Assembly: GCA_045643725.1 (NCBI GenBank)
Contig: JAZRFQ010000040.1
Span: 3,945 to 67,944 of the forward strand
Direction: 5' to 3'
Length of the DNA stretch: 64,000 nt
From: Eubacteriales bacterium
GTDB lineage: Bacteria; Bacillota; Clostridia; Oscillospirales; CAG-272
The first letter of the stretch is position 1. Every line of letters begins with the position of its first letter. This document shows, in pieces, positions 8,069 through 17,778 of this stretch. Both the position numbers and the translations under genes were made by a program. Under the pieces are notes generated by a model. That model did not search any database. It was not told where the DNA came from and saw only the letters and a program-made list of their open reading frames with translations.

Positions 8069-9460
8069 TTGGTTCAACTGAAAAAGGACTTTACAGAGGG
8101 CAGGATCGTCACTCCGATGATGCTTTTCACTCTGCCTCTGATACTGTCGGGTGTTTTACAGCAGCTTTACAGCGTTGCTGATAACATAATAGTCGGCAAA
8201 TTCTCGGGCGATCCGCTCGCGCTTGCCGCGGTAGGCACTACGGGCTCGGTGACGAGTCTTTTCCTTAATTTCATAATAGGTATCTCGGCAGGCAGCAGCA
8301 TCCTCGCGGCGCAGTTCCTCGGTGCGAAGGACGATCGCGGTGTCGAGCGCACGGTACATACGGCAATGTCGGTGTCCGTCATTATGGGTATACTTTTCGG
8401 AGCACTCGGATTCCTCTTCTCGGAGCAGATACTGATATGGATCGACACGCCGACCGAGCTCGTCAGTCGCGCGACGCTCTATATGCGTATAATCTTCCTC
8501 GGCGCGCCTGCGATGTCGATATACAATTTCTCCGCGGCAATACTGCGCGCGGCAGGCGACTCGAAGACCTCGATGTACGCACTCTCGGCATCGGGAATCA
8601 TCAACGTTATATTAAACGTCTTCTTCGTTCTGGTATGTCATCTTACCGTGGACGGCGTAGCCTACGCTACCATAATTTCGCAGTATCTGTCTGCGATAGT
8701 CACCGTCTACGTGCTCATAAAGCGTAAAAACGAGGTCTACGGACTCAACGTCAGACGTCTTCGCCTCGATCTGCCGATATTCTTGCGAATGCTCAGGCTT
8801 GGCGTGCCTGCAGGAATGCAGTCGAGTCTCTTCAGTCTTTCCAACATCGCCGTTACCGCGGCGGTAAACCAGCTCAGCACGGCAGAGATCTCGGCGAGAG
8901 CTATCTTCTTAAACCTCATTAACGTACCCAATGCCGCGAGTTCGGCGTTTACCACCGCCGCTATGACCTTTGCAGGTCAGAATTTCGGCGCGAAAAAGCC
9001 GAAGAGGATCACCGCATCCTGCATCTGTGCCGCGGTGCAGAGCCTTGTGCTCGTTTTCGCGGTCTCTATGACGATATTCCTGCTCATTGAGCCGGTCGCC
9101 TCGCTCTATATTGCCGATGACGACCCCGCGAGAGCCGAGATCATCGAGGTCATCAGACAGACCTGCGCTCTGATCTTGCCTCTTTACGCTCTCAGCGGAG
9201 GTATGAACGCCCTTGCAGGCTCTCTGCGCGGTATGGGCGTCTCCATCACCAATATGGTGGTCTCTCTTATCGGCGTGTGTGGATTCAGAATTCTCTGGGT
9301 TATCACCGCCTTTAACGTTCCGGCTCTTCACAATTTGCCGGGCGTGTATCTTGCGTGGCCTATCTCATGGATGATAGTTATAGTCGCGCTTCTCGGTATC
9401 TTTATCTACCACGTTTCGAAATTGAAAAAGAAGTTAGAAAACGAGGCAAAATGTAAATAA
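8069..9460 (+). CDS. MATE family efflux transporter
   Basis: 463 aa with about 12 predicted TM segments. The N-terminus (I..PMMLFTLPLILSGVLQQLYSVADNIIVG) is typical of MATE. TTG start 8 nt after an AAGGAAG RBS. Confidence 0.85.
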   Translation: MVQLKKDFTEGRIVTPMMLFTLPLILSGVLQQLYSVADNIIVGKFSGDPLALAAVGTTGSVTSLFLNFIIGISAGSSILAAQFLGAKDDRGVERTVHTAMSVSVIMGILFGALGFLFSEQILIWIDTPTELVSRATLYMRIIFLGAPAMSIYNFSAAILRAAGDSKTSMYALSASGIINVILNVFFVLVCHLTVDGVAYATIISQYLSAIVTVYVLIKRKNEVYGLNVRRLRLDLPIFLRMLRLGVPAGMQSSLFSLSNIAVTAAVNQLSTAEISARAIFLNLINVPNAASSAFTTAAMTFAGQNFGAKKPKRITASCICAAVQSLVLVFAVSMTIFLLIEPVASLYIADDDPARAEIIEVIRQTCALILPLYALSGGMNALAGSLRGMGVSITNMVVSLIGVCGFRILWVITAFNVPALHNLPGVYLAWPISWMIVIVALLGIFIYHVSKLKKKLENEAKCK

Positions 9461-9469
9461 TTATTGACA
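9452..9469. repeat. 18-bp palindrome family, degenerate copy (TGTAAATAATTATTGACA)
   Basis: Overlaps the MATE stop codon. The right arm is TTGACA instead of TTTACA. Confidence 0.4.
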
Positions 9470-9482
9470 TTTTATACAATTT

Positions 9483-9525
9483 GGCCGTCTGCTTGCCGCG
9501 GACGGCCTTTGCTTTGCTCTTTTTT
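9483..9525 (+). terminator. Terminator after the MATE gene
   Basis: GGCCGTC...GACGGCC stem followed by the T-rich tract TTTGCTTTGCTCTTTTTT. Confidence 0.6.
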
Positions 9526-9585
9526 CGTTGCAAAAAGCGGCGGATTCCGAGCTTATTTTTGTGCTATTTTTTAGATCGCTCCCTA

Positions 9586-9614
9586 TTGACTTTTCTAATC
9601 GCGCGTGATATAAT
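9586..9614 (+). promoter_or_regulatory. Sigma-A-type promoter of the pyrC-carB-pyrK-pyrD operon
   Basis: TTGACT, 17-nt spacer, TATAAT. Confidence 0.75.
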
Positions 9615-9636
9615 ATATCGAAAATAAATCTTTTAA

Positions 9637-9656
9637 GTCGGTACAGAGATGCCGAC
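9637..9656 (+). promoter_or_regulatory. Candidate PyrR-binding hairpin in the pyr leader
   Basis: GTCGGTA-CAGAGA-TGCCGAC followed by AAGG. This resembles the PyrR binding loop consensus (..UCCAGAGAGG.. ...AAGG). Confidence 0.5.
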
Positions 9657-9781
9657 AAGGTTTTCATAGTCACAGTCCTTTCCGCGCGTTTTGGGAGGGG
9701 CAGGCTTTTTGCGGAATCTTGTCGGGTGAAATCGGACGGGGTTCTTATTTTATTTTTGTGCCGAGGCTTTTGGGAGGAATT

Positions 9782-11038
9782 ATGAAGACCTTATTCCGCG
9801 GTGCACTCGTTTATGACAACGGCATAATGAAGAAGCAGGACGTAGTCTTTGACGGCGTCTGCCTTTCCGCTTTTGACGGTGACTTTGCTTCCTTTTCTCC
9901 CCGTGCTATTTTTGATAATATTGCTATTTTTCCCGGTTTCTGTGATGTTCACGTTCATTTCAGAGAGCCGGGATTTTCTTATAAGGAGACGATGGAGTCG
10001 GGCTCGTCGGCGGCCGCACACGGCGGATATACCGCGGTTCTGACTATGCCGAACCTGAAGCCCTCGCCCGATTCGATCGAGGGAGTCGAGGAGCAGCTCG
10101 CCGCCATCAGACGCGGCGCGTCCATCGCGGTTATCCCCTACGGCACGATAACCAAGGGCTCGCTCGGCGATGAGCTATCGGATATGGAGGCTATCGCACC
10201 AAAGGTCGCGGCCTTCTCCGATGACGGCCGCGGAGTGCAGAGCGAGGAGATGATGCTCGCCGCTATGCAGAAGGCAAAATCTCTCGGCAAAATGATAGTC
10301 GCGCACTGCGAGGACAATTCGCTCCTGCGCGGCGGCTATATACACGACGGCGAGTACGCGCGAGCGCACGGACACCGCGGAATCTGCTCCGAGAGCGAGT
10401 GGGGCCCCATCGCACGCGACGTCGAGCTTCTTAAAAAGTCGGGTGCGGCCTACCACGTCTGCCACGTATCCACGAAGGAGAGCGTCGAGATAATCAGACG
10501 CGCAAAGGCAGAGGGCGTCGATATCACCTGCGAGACCGCACCTCACTATCTCACCCTCGATGACTCGCGTCTTGAGGAGGACGGCAGATTCAAGATGAAT
10601 CCTCCGCTTCGTGCGAGAGAGGACAGAGAGGCACTCGTTGCAGGACTTCTCGACGGAACGGTGGATATGATCGCCACCGACCACGCGCCTCATAGCTATG
10701 AGGAGAAATCGCGCGGACTTCCCGGCAGTATGATGGGTGTTGTCGGACTTGAGACGGCGTTCCCCGTGATCTACACCGAGCTTGTGAAGACGGGAGTTAT
10801 AACTCTCGAGCAGGCGGTCGAGCTTCTCTCGACGAGGCCCAGAGCGCGCTTCGGCATCACCTCGGACGTCGGATTTACGGTGTTCGATCTCGGCTGTGAG
10901 TACACCGTCGACCCCGAGAAATTCCTCTCCAAGGGTAGAAGCACGCCGTACAAGGGCGCGCGAGTGTTCGGTAAATGTCTTGCCACGGTTTATTCGGGCA
11001 GAGCGGTTTACCTTGACGAAGATTTGATAAAAATATGA
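9782..11038 (+). CDS. pyrC: Dihydroorotase
   Basis: Motifs PGFCDVHVHFREPG, HGGYTAV..MPN, VAHCED and DHAPH. I chose the ATG at 9782 (GGGAGG RBS) rather than the track start at 9719. Confidence 0.85.
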   Translation: MKTLFRGALVYDNGIMKKQDVVFDGVCLSAFDGDFASFSPRAIFDNIAIFPGFCDVHVHFREPGFSYKETMESGSSAAAHGGYTAVLTMPNLKPSPDSIEGVEEQLAAIRRGASIAVIPYGTITKGSLGDELSDMEAIAPKVAAFSDDGRGVQSEEMMLAAMQKAKSLGKMIVAHCEDNSLLRGGYIHDGEYARAHGHRGICSESEWGPIARDVELLKKSGAAYHVCHVSTKESVEIIRRAKAEGVDITCETAPHYLTLDDSRLEEDGRFKMNPPLRAREDREALVAGLLDGTVDMIATDHAPHSYEEKSRGLPGSMMGVVGLETAFPVIYTELVKTGVITLEQAVELLSTRPRARFGITSDVGFTVFDLGCEYTVDPEKFLSKGRSTPYKGARVFGKCLATVYSGRAVYLDEDLIKI

Positions 11039-11065
11039 TATAGAGTGCTATAGGAGGACAAAAGA

Positions 11066-14000
11066 ATGGCAAAGAGAACAGACATCAAAAGAATAATGAT
11101 CATTGGCTCGGGCCCCATCGTTATCGGTCAGGCGGCAGAGTTCGATTACGCAGGCACACAGGCGTGTCTTGCGCTCAAGGAGGAGGGCTACGAGGTAATT
11201 CTCGTCAACTCCAACCCTGCGACCATTATGACCGACACCACCATCGCGGACAAGGTCTATATGGAGCCGCTTACCCTTGATTACATCGCAAAGATCATAA
11301 GATACGAGCGCCCCGACGCCATTGTCCCCGGCATCGGCGGTCAGACCGGACTTAACCTCGCTATGCAGCTTGAGAAGAAGGGCATTCTCAAGGAGTGTCA
11401 CACCGAGCTTCTCGGCACATCCTCCGAGTCCATCGAGAGGGCAGAGGACCGCGAGCTCTTCAAGGAGCTTTGCCAGTCTATCGGCGAGCCCACCATTCCC
11501 TCCGAGATCACCTATAATCTTGAGGAGGCAAAGGCTGCGGCACAGAGAATCGGCTATCCCGTAGTTCTTCGTCCTGCCTTCACCCTCGGCGGTACGGGCG
11601 GCGGCTTTGCCAACAACGAGGCAGAGCTTATCGAGGTAGGTCTCAACGCCTTCAAGCTCTCTCCCGTACATCAGGTTCTTATCGAGAAGAGCGTTAAGGG
11701 CTACAAGGAGATCGAGTTCGAGGTTATGCGTGACTCCTCCGATCACGCTATCACCATCTGCGGTATGGAGAACATCGATCCCGTCGGCGTTCACACCGGC
11801 GACTCCCTCGTCGTAGCACCTATTATGACTCTCTCCGAGCACGACAGAAAGATGCTCAACGATTCTGCTATCAAGATCATCCGCGAGCTCAAGATAGAGG
11901 GCGGCTGTAACGTTCAGTTCGCGCTCAATCCCAACTCCTCCGAGTACTATCTCATCGAGGTAAACCCCAGAGTTTCGCGCTCCTCGGCACTCGCATCTAA
12001 GGCATCGGGCTACCCAATCGCGAGAGTTACCGCAAAGATCGCGGTAGGTATGCTTCTTGAGGATATCAAGATCGCCAACACCAACGCGGCATTCGAGCCC
12101 CAGCTTGATTACGTTATCGCAAAGCTCCCGAGATTCCCCTTCGATAAGTTCACCGCGGCGTCCAACCAGCTCGGCACGCAGATGAAGGCGACCGGCGAGG
12201 TCATGGGCATCGGCTCGAACCTCGAGGAGTGTCTGCTCAAGGGCATCAGATCTCTTGAGACCGGCGTTATCCACGTTTATCATCAGAAATTCGACGCAAT
12301 GACCGACGATGCGCTTCGCGCATACATCGCCGAGTTCCGTGACGACAATATCTTCGCTATCGGCGAGCTCCTTCGCCGCGGCGAGTCGGTCGAGTCGCTC
12401 TACGGCATCACAAAGATCACGCCCTTCTTCCTCGAGGCGATAAAGAACATCATCGAGATGGAGAAGAAGATCAAGGACGCTAAGTTCGACCTTGAGACTC
12501 TCAAGGCGGCAAAGAAGATGGGCTTCTGTGATAAGTTTGTAGCAAAGCTTTGGGGCACGTCGGAGCTTGACGTATTCAAGTTCAGAAAAGAGAACAATCT
12601 CTTCCCCGTATTCAGAATGGTAGATACCTGCCACACCGGCGCGTATATTCCTTACTTCTATTCCTCCTACACGGGAGAGAACACCTCTATTCTCACAGAT
12701 AAGAAGAAAATCGTGGTTCTCGGCGCAGGTCCTATCCGTATCGGACAGGGCGTAGAGTTCGATTACTCCACCGTTCACGCCGTTTCCACCATCAAGAAGT
12801 CGGGCTATGAGGCTATCATCATCAACAATAATCCCGAGACGGTCTCCACCGACTACACCACCGCGGACAAGCTCTATTTCGAGCCTCTCACTCCCGAGGA
12901 CGTTATGAATATCATTGAATTCGAGCGTCCCGAGGGCGTTGTTGCATCGCTCGGCGGTCAGACGGCTATCAACCTTGCACAGCCTCTCCACGATCTCGGC
13001 GTTAAGATCATCGGCACGGACTGCGAGGCGATCGACAGAGCCGAGAACAGAGATGCCTTCGAGAAGCTCCTCAAGGAGCTCGGCATTCCTCAGCCTGCAG
13101 GCAGAGCCGTTACCAAGATCGAGGACGGCGTTGCGGCGGCGGCACAGGTCGGCTATCCCGTTCTTGTTCGTCCCTCCTTCGTTCTTGGCGGACGCGCAAT
13201 GCAGATCGTTGCCAACGAGGAGCAGCTCCGCCACTATCTCAAGACCGCCGTTGAGATCGACGAGGACAAGCCCGTTCTTGTTGATAAGTACATCAGCGGT
13301 AAGGAGGTCGAGGTCGACGCTATCTGCGACGGTAACGACGTGTTCGTGCCCGGCATTATGGAGCTCGTTGAGAGAACAGGTATCCACTCGGGCGACTCTA
13401 TCTCGGTTTATCCCACCTTCTCGATCTCCGATAAGGTCAAGGGAACTATTCTTCAGTACGCGAAGAAGCTCGGTCTCGGCATTGGCATAGTTGGTCTTTA
13501 TAACATTCAGTTCATCGTTGACGAGCACGACGAGGTCTATATCATCGAGGTAAACCCGAGATCCTCGAGAACCGTACCCTTCCTCTCCAAGTCCACCGGC
13601 TACTCGCTCGCTGACATCGCGACCGAGTGCATCCTCGGTAAGTCGCTCAAGGAGCAGGGCATCTTCTCGCTCTATCCCGAGGAGAAGAAGAGATGGTACG
13701 TTAAGGTTCCTGTGTTCTCCTTCAATAAGCTTCGCGGTCTTGACGCATATCTCTCCCCCGAGATGAAGTCCACGGGCGAGGCTATCGGCTACGATAACAC
13801 CTTCTACCGCGCGCTTTACAAAGCTCTTCAGGCATCGGGAATGCACCTGCAGAACTACGGTACTGTGTTTGCCACCATCGCAGACTGCGACAAGGAGGAG
13901 GCACTTCCTCTTATCCGCCGCTTCTATAACCTCGGCTTCAACATCGAGGCGACCAAGGGAACTGCACAGTTCCTCAAGGATAACGGCATCCGCACTCACG

Positions 14001-14239
14001 TTCTCAAGAAGATCTCGGACAACTCCGAGGAGATCGCAGAGTCGCTCCGACAGGGACATATCGCTTACGTTATCAACACGAGCGATCCCTCCTCCTCTGG
14101 CGTTATCCGCGACGGCTTTGAGATCAGAAAGTACGCGACCGAGAACAACGTAACCGTGTTCACCTCTCTCGATACCGTGCGCGTTCTTCTCGACGTGCTT
14201 GAGGATATCACTATCACGATTTCCACAATCGACGCTTAA
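11066..14239 (+). CDS. carB: Carbamoyl-phosphate synthase large subunit
   Basis: 1057 aa with duplicated ATP-grasp halves (IMIIGSGPIVIGQAAEFDYAGTQA... and ...VLGAGPIRIGQGVEFDY) and a C-terminal MGS-like allosteric domain. Confidence 0.95.
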   Translation: MAKRTDIKRIMIIGSGPIVIGQAAEFDYAGTQACLALKEEGYEVILVNSNPATIMTDTTIADKVYMEPLTLDYIAKIIRYERPDAIVPGIGGQTGLNLAMQLEKKGILKECHTELLGTSSESIERAEDRELFKELCQSIGEPTIPSEITYNLEEAKAAAQRIGYPVVLRPAFTLGGTGGGFANNEAELIEVGLNAFKLSPVHQVLIEKSVKGYKEIEFEVMRDSSDHAITICGMENIDPVGVHTGDSLVVAPIMTLSEHDRKMLNDSAIKIIRELKIEGGCNVQFALNPNSSEYYLIEVNPRVSRSSALASKASGYPIARVTAKIAVGMLLEDIKIANTNAAFEPQLDYVIAKLPRFPFDKFTAASNQLGTQMKATGEVMGIGSNLEECLLKGIRSLETGVIHVYHQKFDAMTDDALRAYIAEFRDDNIFAIGELLRRGESVESLYGITKITPFFLEAIKNIIEMEKKIKDAKFDLETLKAAKKMGFCDKFVAKLWGTSELDVFKFRKENNLFPVFRMVDTCHTGAYIPYFYSSYTGENTSILTDKKKIVVLGAGPIRIGQGVEFDYSTVHAVSTIKKSGYEAIIINNNPETVSTDYTTADKLYFEPLTPEDVMNIIEFERPEGVVASLGGQTAINLAQPLHDLGVKIIGTDCEAIDRAENRDAFEKLLKELGIPQPAGRAVTKIEDGVAAAAQVGYPVLVRPSFVLGGRAMQIVANEEQLRHYLKTAVEIDEDKPVLVDKYISGKEVEVDAICDGNDVFVPGIMELVERTGIHSGDSISVYPTFSISDKVKGTILQYAKKLGLGIGIVGLYNIQFIVDEHDEVYIIEVNPRSSRTVPFLSKSTGYSLADIATECILGKSLKEQGIFSLYPEEKKRWYVKVPVFSFNKLRGLDAYLSPEMKSTGEAIGYDNTFYRALYKALQASGMHLQNYGTVFATIADCDKEEALPLIRRFYNLGFNIEATKGTAQFLKDNGIRTHVLKKISDNSEEIAESLRQGHIAYVINTSDPSSSGVIRDGFEIRKYATENNVTVFTSLDTVRVLLDVLEDITITISTIDA

Positions 14240-14251
14240 AAAGCGCGAAAA

Positions 14252-14269
14252 TGTAAACTAAAGCTTACA
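14252..14269. repeat. 18-bp palindrome family copy (TGTAAACTAAAGCTTACA)
   Basis: Lies between the carB stop (14239) and the pyrK start (14283). Confidence 0.65.
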
Positions 14270-14282
14270 AAAAGGAGTTAAA

Positions 14283-15014
14283 ATGAAGGATTCCTTATTT
14301 GAAATAGTATCAAACAGACAGATTGCAAAGAACACCTACGAGATGGTTATCTCGGGCGATATCTCGCACATAACCGCTCCCGGTCAGTTCGTCAATCTCA
14401 AGCTCGACGGCTTCTATCTCCGCCGTCCCATCTCGGTCTGTGACGCTGTTGGCGCAAGACTCACTCTCATCTACAAGGTCGTCGGCGAGGGAACAGAGAA
14501 GATGGCAGGAATGCAGAGAGGTGAGAAGATCCTCACCCTCACCGGCCTCGGCAACGGCTACGACACCTCGGTGTCGGGCGATCGCCCTCTCCTTATCGGC
14601 GGCGGCGCAGGCGTGCCTCCAATGTATATGCTCTGCAAGAAGCTCATCAGAGAAGGCAAGCATCCTACCGTCATTCTCGGCTTCGGCTCGAAGGATGAGG
14701 TCTTCTACGAGGAGGAGTTCCGCGTTCTCGGCGCAGACGTGCTCGTCACTACCGTTGACGGCTCCTACGGCATCAAGGGCTTCGTAACCGATGCCTTCGC
14801 GGGCCTCGATTACAGCTACTTCTACACCTGCGGTCCCGAGCCTATGCTGAAGGCGATCTACGATAAGTCCGAGACCTCGGGCCAGTTCTCCTTCGAGGAG
14901 AGAATGGGTTGTGGCTTCGGCGCTTGTATGGGCTGCTCCTGCAAGACGAAATACGGCAACAAGCGCATCTGCCGCGACGGCCCCGTGCTTGTAAAGGAGG
15001 AGATAATATGGTAA
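14283..15014 (+). CDS. pyrK: Dihydroorotate dehydrogenase B electron-transfer subunit
   Basis: FNR-like fold (RRPISVCD, GGGAGVPPM) plus a C-terminal Cys cluster (CGFGACMGCSC...C). Overlaps pyrD. Confidence 0.85.
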   Translation: MKDSLFEIVSNRQIAKNTYEMVISGDISHITAPGQFVNLKLDGFYLRRPISVCDAVGARLTLIYKVVGEGTEKMAGMQRGEKILTLTGLGNGYDTSVSGDRPLLIGGGAGVPPMYMLCKKLIREGKHPTVILGFGSKDEVFYEEEFRVLGADVLVTTVDGSYGIKGFVTDAFAGLDYSYFYTCGPEPMLKAIYDKSETSGQFSFEERMGCGFGACMGCSCKTKYGNKRICRDGPVLVKEEIIW

Positions 15015-15919
15015 ACACCAAGGTAAATCTTAACGGAATAATTCTCGATAACCCCATAATCCCTGCCAGCGGAACGTACGGCTTCGGCTATGAGTTCGCA
15101 GAGCTTTACGACATCAACGTCCTCGGCACGCTCTCCTTCAAGGGCACGACTCTCGAGCCGAGATTCGGTAACGCAACTCCCAGAATCGCAGAGTGTCCCG
15201 AGGGAATGCTCAACGCCGTCGGTCTTCAGAATCCCGGTGTTGACGCGGTAATAGCGCACGAGCTTCCGAAGCTCCGCGAGGTGTTCCATAAGCCCGTGAT
15301 GGCAAACGTGTCGGGATTCTCTGAGCACGAGTACGTCGAAACGGTGAGAAAACTTGACACGGTAGCCGACATCGGCTGGTTTGAGGTCAATATTTCCTGT
15401 CCCAATGTTCACGGAGGAGGAATGAGCTTCGGTACTTCTCCCGAGGCGGCAGGTGAGATCACTCGCGCCGTCAGACGTGTCACCAAGAAGCCTCTTATCA
15501 TCAAGCTCTCGCCCAACATCACCGACATCTGCTCTATCGCAAAGGCGTGTGAGGCAGAGGGCGCAGACGGCATCAGCCTTATCAACACTCTTCTCGGAAT
15601 GAGGATAGATATGAAGAAGCGCGCACCCCTTCTTGCCAACAAGACCGGCGGCTTCTCGGGCCCTGCCATTAAGCCTGTCGCAATCAGAATGGTCTATCAG
15701 GTCTACGACGCGGTGAAGATTCCCATCGTAGGTATGGGCGGTGTTTCCACCGCAGAGGACGTCATCGAGTTCATGATGGCAGGCGCTACCGCCGTTGAGG
15801 TAGGCGCGGCAAACCTCGTTAACCCCTATGCCTGCCGCGATATCATCGCCGATCTCCCTCGCGTGATGGAAAAATATCGCATCGATAGCCTCTCCGACAT
15901 CATCGGCGCGGCGCACTAA
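15008..15919 (+). CDS. pyrD: Dihydroorotate dehydrogenase B catalytic subunit
   Basis: NPIIPASGTYGFG, NAVGLQNPG, EVNISCPNV and GGVSTAEDV motifs. Starts at the internal ATG 15008 after a GGAGG RBS. Confidence 0.9.
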   Translation: MVNTKVNLNGIILDNPIIPASGTYGFGYEFAELYDINVLGTLSFKGTTLEPRFGNATPRIAECPEGMLNAVGLQNPGVDAVIAHELPKLREVFHKPVMANVSGFSEHEYVETVRKLDTVADIGWFEVNISCPNVHGGGMSFGTSPEAAGEITRAVRRVTKKPLIIKLSPNITDICSIAKACEAEGADGISLINTLLGMRIDMKKRAPLLANKTGGFSGPAIKPVAIRMVYQVYDAVKIPIVGMGGVSTAEDVIEFMMAGATAVEVGAANLVNPYACRDIIADLPRVMEKYRIDSLSDIIGAAH

Positions 15920-15937
15920 TTGTAAAATACAAAAAGT

Positions 15938-15970
15938 AATCGGCAGAGGCTTCAAGTCCTCTGCCGATTT
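15938..15970. terminator. Bidirectional terminator between pyrD and the XRE gene
   Basis: 12-bp perfect stem AATCGGCAGAGG/CCTCTGCCGATT with an 8-nt loop. Confidence 0.8.
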
Positions 15971-15996
15971 GAGTTATAAAAGTGCTTGTGGTGTGT

Positions 15997-16203
15997 TTAT
16001 TTCTCGTCCGAAATCCCTATAAAATAGTCGGCACTCACGCCGTAGAAGCGACAGAGCTTGATCAGATCGTCGATTTTTAGCTCGGCGCGCCCATCCTCTA
16101 TATGACTGTAGCCCTGCTGTGACTTGTTTATGACCGCGCCGACCTCTTTTTGCGTCAGGTCGCCGTCCTCGCGCAGATTTCTCATTCTTATGCGATAATT
16201 CAT
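15997..16203 (-). CDS. XRE-family helix-turn-helix transcriptional regulator
   Basis: 68 aa. LTQKEVGAVINKSQQGYSHIEDGRAELKIDDLIKLCRFYGVSADYF is a classic Cro/C1 HTH. Confidence 0.85.
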   Translation of the reverse strand: MNYRIRMRNLREDGDLTQKEVGAVINKSQQGYSHIEDGRAELKIDDLIKLCRFYGVSADYFIGISDEK

Positions 16204-16247
16204 CTGTTGACTCCTTACATCTTCTAAAAGTATGTAAAAAGTGTAGC

Positions 16248-16294
16248 ATACTCATAAATTGAGTATTGACAATTACTCAAAGATTGAGTATAAT
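16248..16294. promoter_or_regulatory. Divergent promoter/operator region of the XRE regulator and the zinc-ribbon gene
   Basis: The + strand promoter is TTGACA (16266-16271), 17-nt spacer, TATAAT (16289-16294). Two palindromic operators overlap it: ATACTCA-N5-TGAGTAT (16248-16266) and TACTCAA-AGA-TTGAGTA (16274-16290). Confidence 0.65.
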
Positions 16295-16370
16295 ATAGTC
16301 ATAGCAATCAAAACTCGGCGTTTTTGTTCGAAGTTTTGGTTGTCGACATTTTCATTTTATGGAGGTAACT

Positions 16371-16676
16371 ATGTTTTGCTCGAAATGTGGAAAAGAAATC
16401 AATGAAGAGGCTGTGGTTTGCGTTCATTGCGGATGTGCCGTTGAAAACAAAAAGGTTTCTACGGTAGCCGCAGATGCACCTAATACGGGATGGGCTGTTT
16501 TGGGATTCTTCATTCCTTTGGTAGGTCTTATTCTCTATTTAGTTAATAAGGATACTTATCCTCTTAAGGCAAAGTCCGCAGGAAAGGGTGCGCTCATCGG
16601 CTTCTGCGTAAGCATTGCATTCTCGATCATCTACGGAGCGATTATGGGATCGGTCATTGGATCCATGCTCTATTGA
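16371..16676 (+). CDS. Zinc-ribbon domain membrane protein
   Basis: CSKCGKEI..EAVVCVHCGC zinc ribbon followed by two TM helices (GWAVLGFFIPLVGLILYLV, GALIGFCVSIAFSIIYGAIMG). The ATG at 16371 follows a GGAGG RBS; the track start at 16359 is less likely. Confidence 0.6.
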   Translation: MFCSKCGKEINEEAVVCVHCGCAVENKKVSTVAADAPNTGWAVLGFFIPLVGLILYLVNKDTYPLKAKSAGKGALIGFCVSIAFSIIYGAIMGSVIGSMLY

Positions 16677-16727
16677 TAGTAAGTATCGAGGGATAGTTTT
16701 AAGAAAACAAAATTGTATAAAATTAGA

Positions 16728-16754
16728 GAGCCGCAAAAACGGCTCGCTTTTGTG
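16728..16754. terminator. Terminator between the zinc-ribbon gene and cysK
   Basis: GAGCCG/CGGCTC stem followed by GCTTTTGTG. On the minus strand it is followed by TCTAATTTT. Confidence 0.55.
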
Positions 16755-16759
16755 TTGTT

Positions 16760-16777
16760 TATAAATAATAGTTTACA
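16760..16777. repeat. 18-bp palindrome family, degenerate copy (TATAAATAATAGTTTACA)
   Basis: Abuts the cysK stop codon (16778-16780). Matches TGTAAACTATAGTTTACA at 15 of 18 positions. Confidence 0.45.
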
Positions 16778-17710
16778 TTACTCCTCAAACATAGGCGTGG
16801 AGAGGTATCTGTCGCCGGCGTCGGGAAGGAGAACAACGATAGTTTTGCCTGCGTTCTCGGGACGGCGGGCGAGGAGCATTGCCGCGTGGAGAGCCGCGCC
16901 GGAGGATATGCCGACGAGGATGCCGCAACGCTTGCCGATGAGTCTGCCTGCGGAGTAGGCCTCATCTGTGGTGACGGTGATCACCTCGTCGATGATCTCG
17001 GTGTTCAGCACAGAGGGAACGAATCCTGCGCCGATGCCCTGCAGGCCGTGCGCGCCGGGCTCGCCGCCCGAGAGTATCGCCGAGTCGGCAGGCTCGACGC
17101 CTACGATCTTGATGTTCGGGTTCTTCGACTTGAGATACTCGCCGATGCCGGTGATCGTGCCTCCCGTGCCGACTCCCGCGACGAAGATATCCACCTTGCC
17201 GTCGGTGTCCTCAAAGATCTCGGGGCCGGTGGTGAGTCTGTGCGCATCGGGATTGGCAGGATTGTCGAACTGACCGGGGATGAAGCTACCGGGAAGCTCG
17301 CGCGCAAGCTCCTCGGCCTTGGCAATCGCGCCCTTCATGCCGAGCGCGCCATCGGTGAGCACAAGTTCCGCGCCGTAGGCACGCATCAGCTGACGGCGCT
17401 CCTTCGACATCGTGTCGGGCATAACGATGATCGTTTTATATCCGCGCGCGGCCGCCACAGAGGCGAGTCCGATGCCGGTGTTGCCCGAGGTGGGCTCGAT
17501 TATGACCGAGTGGGGCTTGAGTAGGCCCTTTGCCTCGGCGTCGTCGAGCATCGCCTTTGCCACTCTGTCCTTGACCGAGCCTGCGGGATTGAAATATTCG
17601 AGCTTTGCAAGGAGTCTTGCCGAGGTGGCGAGCTCCTTTTCTATATTTTTGAGCTCAAGAAGCGGCGTTCTGCCGATGAGCTCCTCTGCTGTGGTGTATA
17701 TTTTTGCCAT
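16778..17710 (-). CDS. cysK: Cysteine synthase A (O-acetylserine sulfhydrylase)
   Basis: [18 protein letters not shown] (PLP lysine) and [12 protein letters not shown] motifs. Starts at the internal ATG 17710 with an AGGAA RBS. Confidence 0.9.
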   Translation of the reverse strand: MAKIYTTAEELIGRTPLLELKNIEKELATSARLLAKLEYFNPAGSVKDRVAKAMLDDAEAKGLLKPHSVIIEPTSGNTGIGLASVAAARGYKTIIVMPDTMSKERRQLMRAYGAELVLTDGALGMKGAIAKAEELARELPGSFIPGQFDNPANPDAHRLTTGPEIFEDTDGKVDIFVAGVGTGGTITGIGEYLKSKNPNIKIVGVEPADSAILSGGEPGAHGLQGIGAGFVPSVLNTEIIDEVITVTTDEAYSAGRLIGKRCGILVGISSGAALHAAMLLARRPENAGKTIVVLLPDAGDRYLSTPMFEE

Positions 17711-17778
17711 AGCGATTTCCTTTCGGTTTTGCGGGGTAAAACGAGAGCCAAGCGACAGAGCTGCCGCTTGGCAATAGA

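Noticed and set aside
9719-9781. N-terminal extensions offered by the ORF track: pyrC 9719, pyrD 14909, cysK 17782, pyrF 20979, SDR 21037, QueG-like C 27173, U32-like 28171 and array copy 3 48724.
   Set aside because: In each case an internal start with a proper AGGAGG-type RBS begins the conserved part of the protein. The extension covers promoter, leader or upstream-gene sequence.
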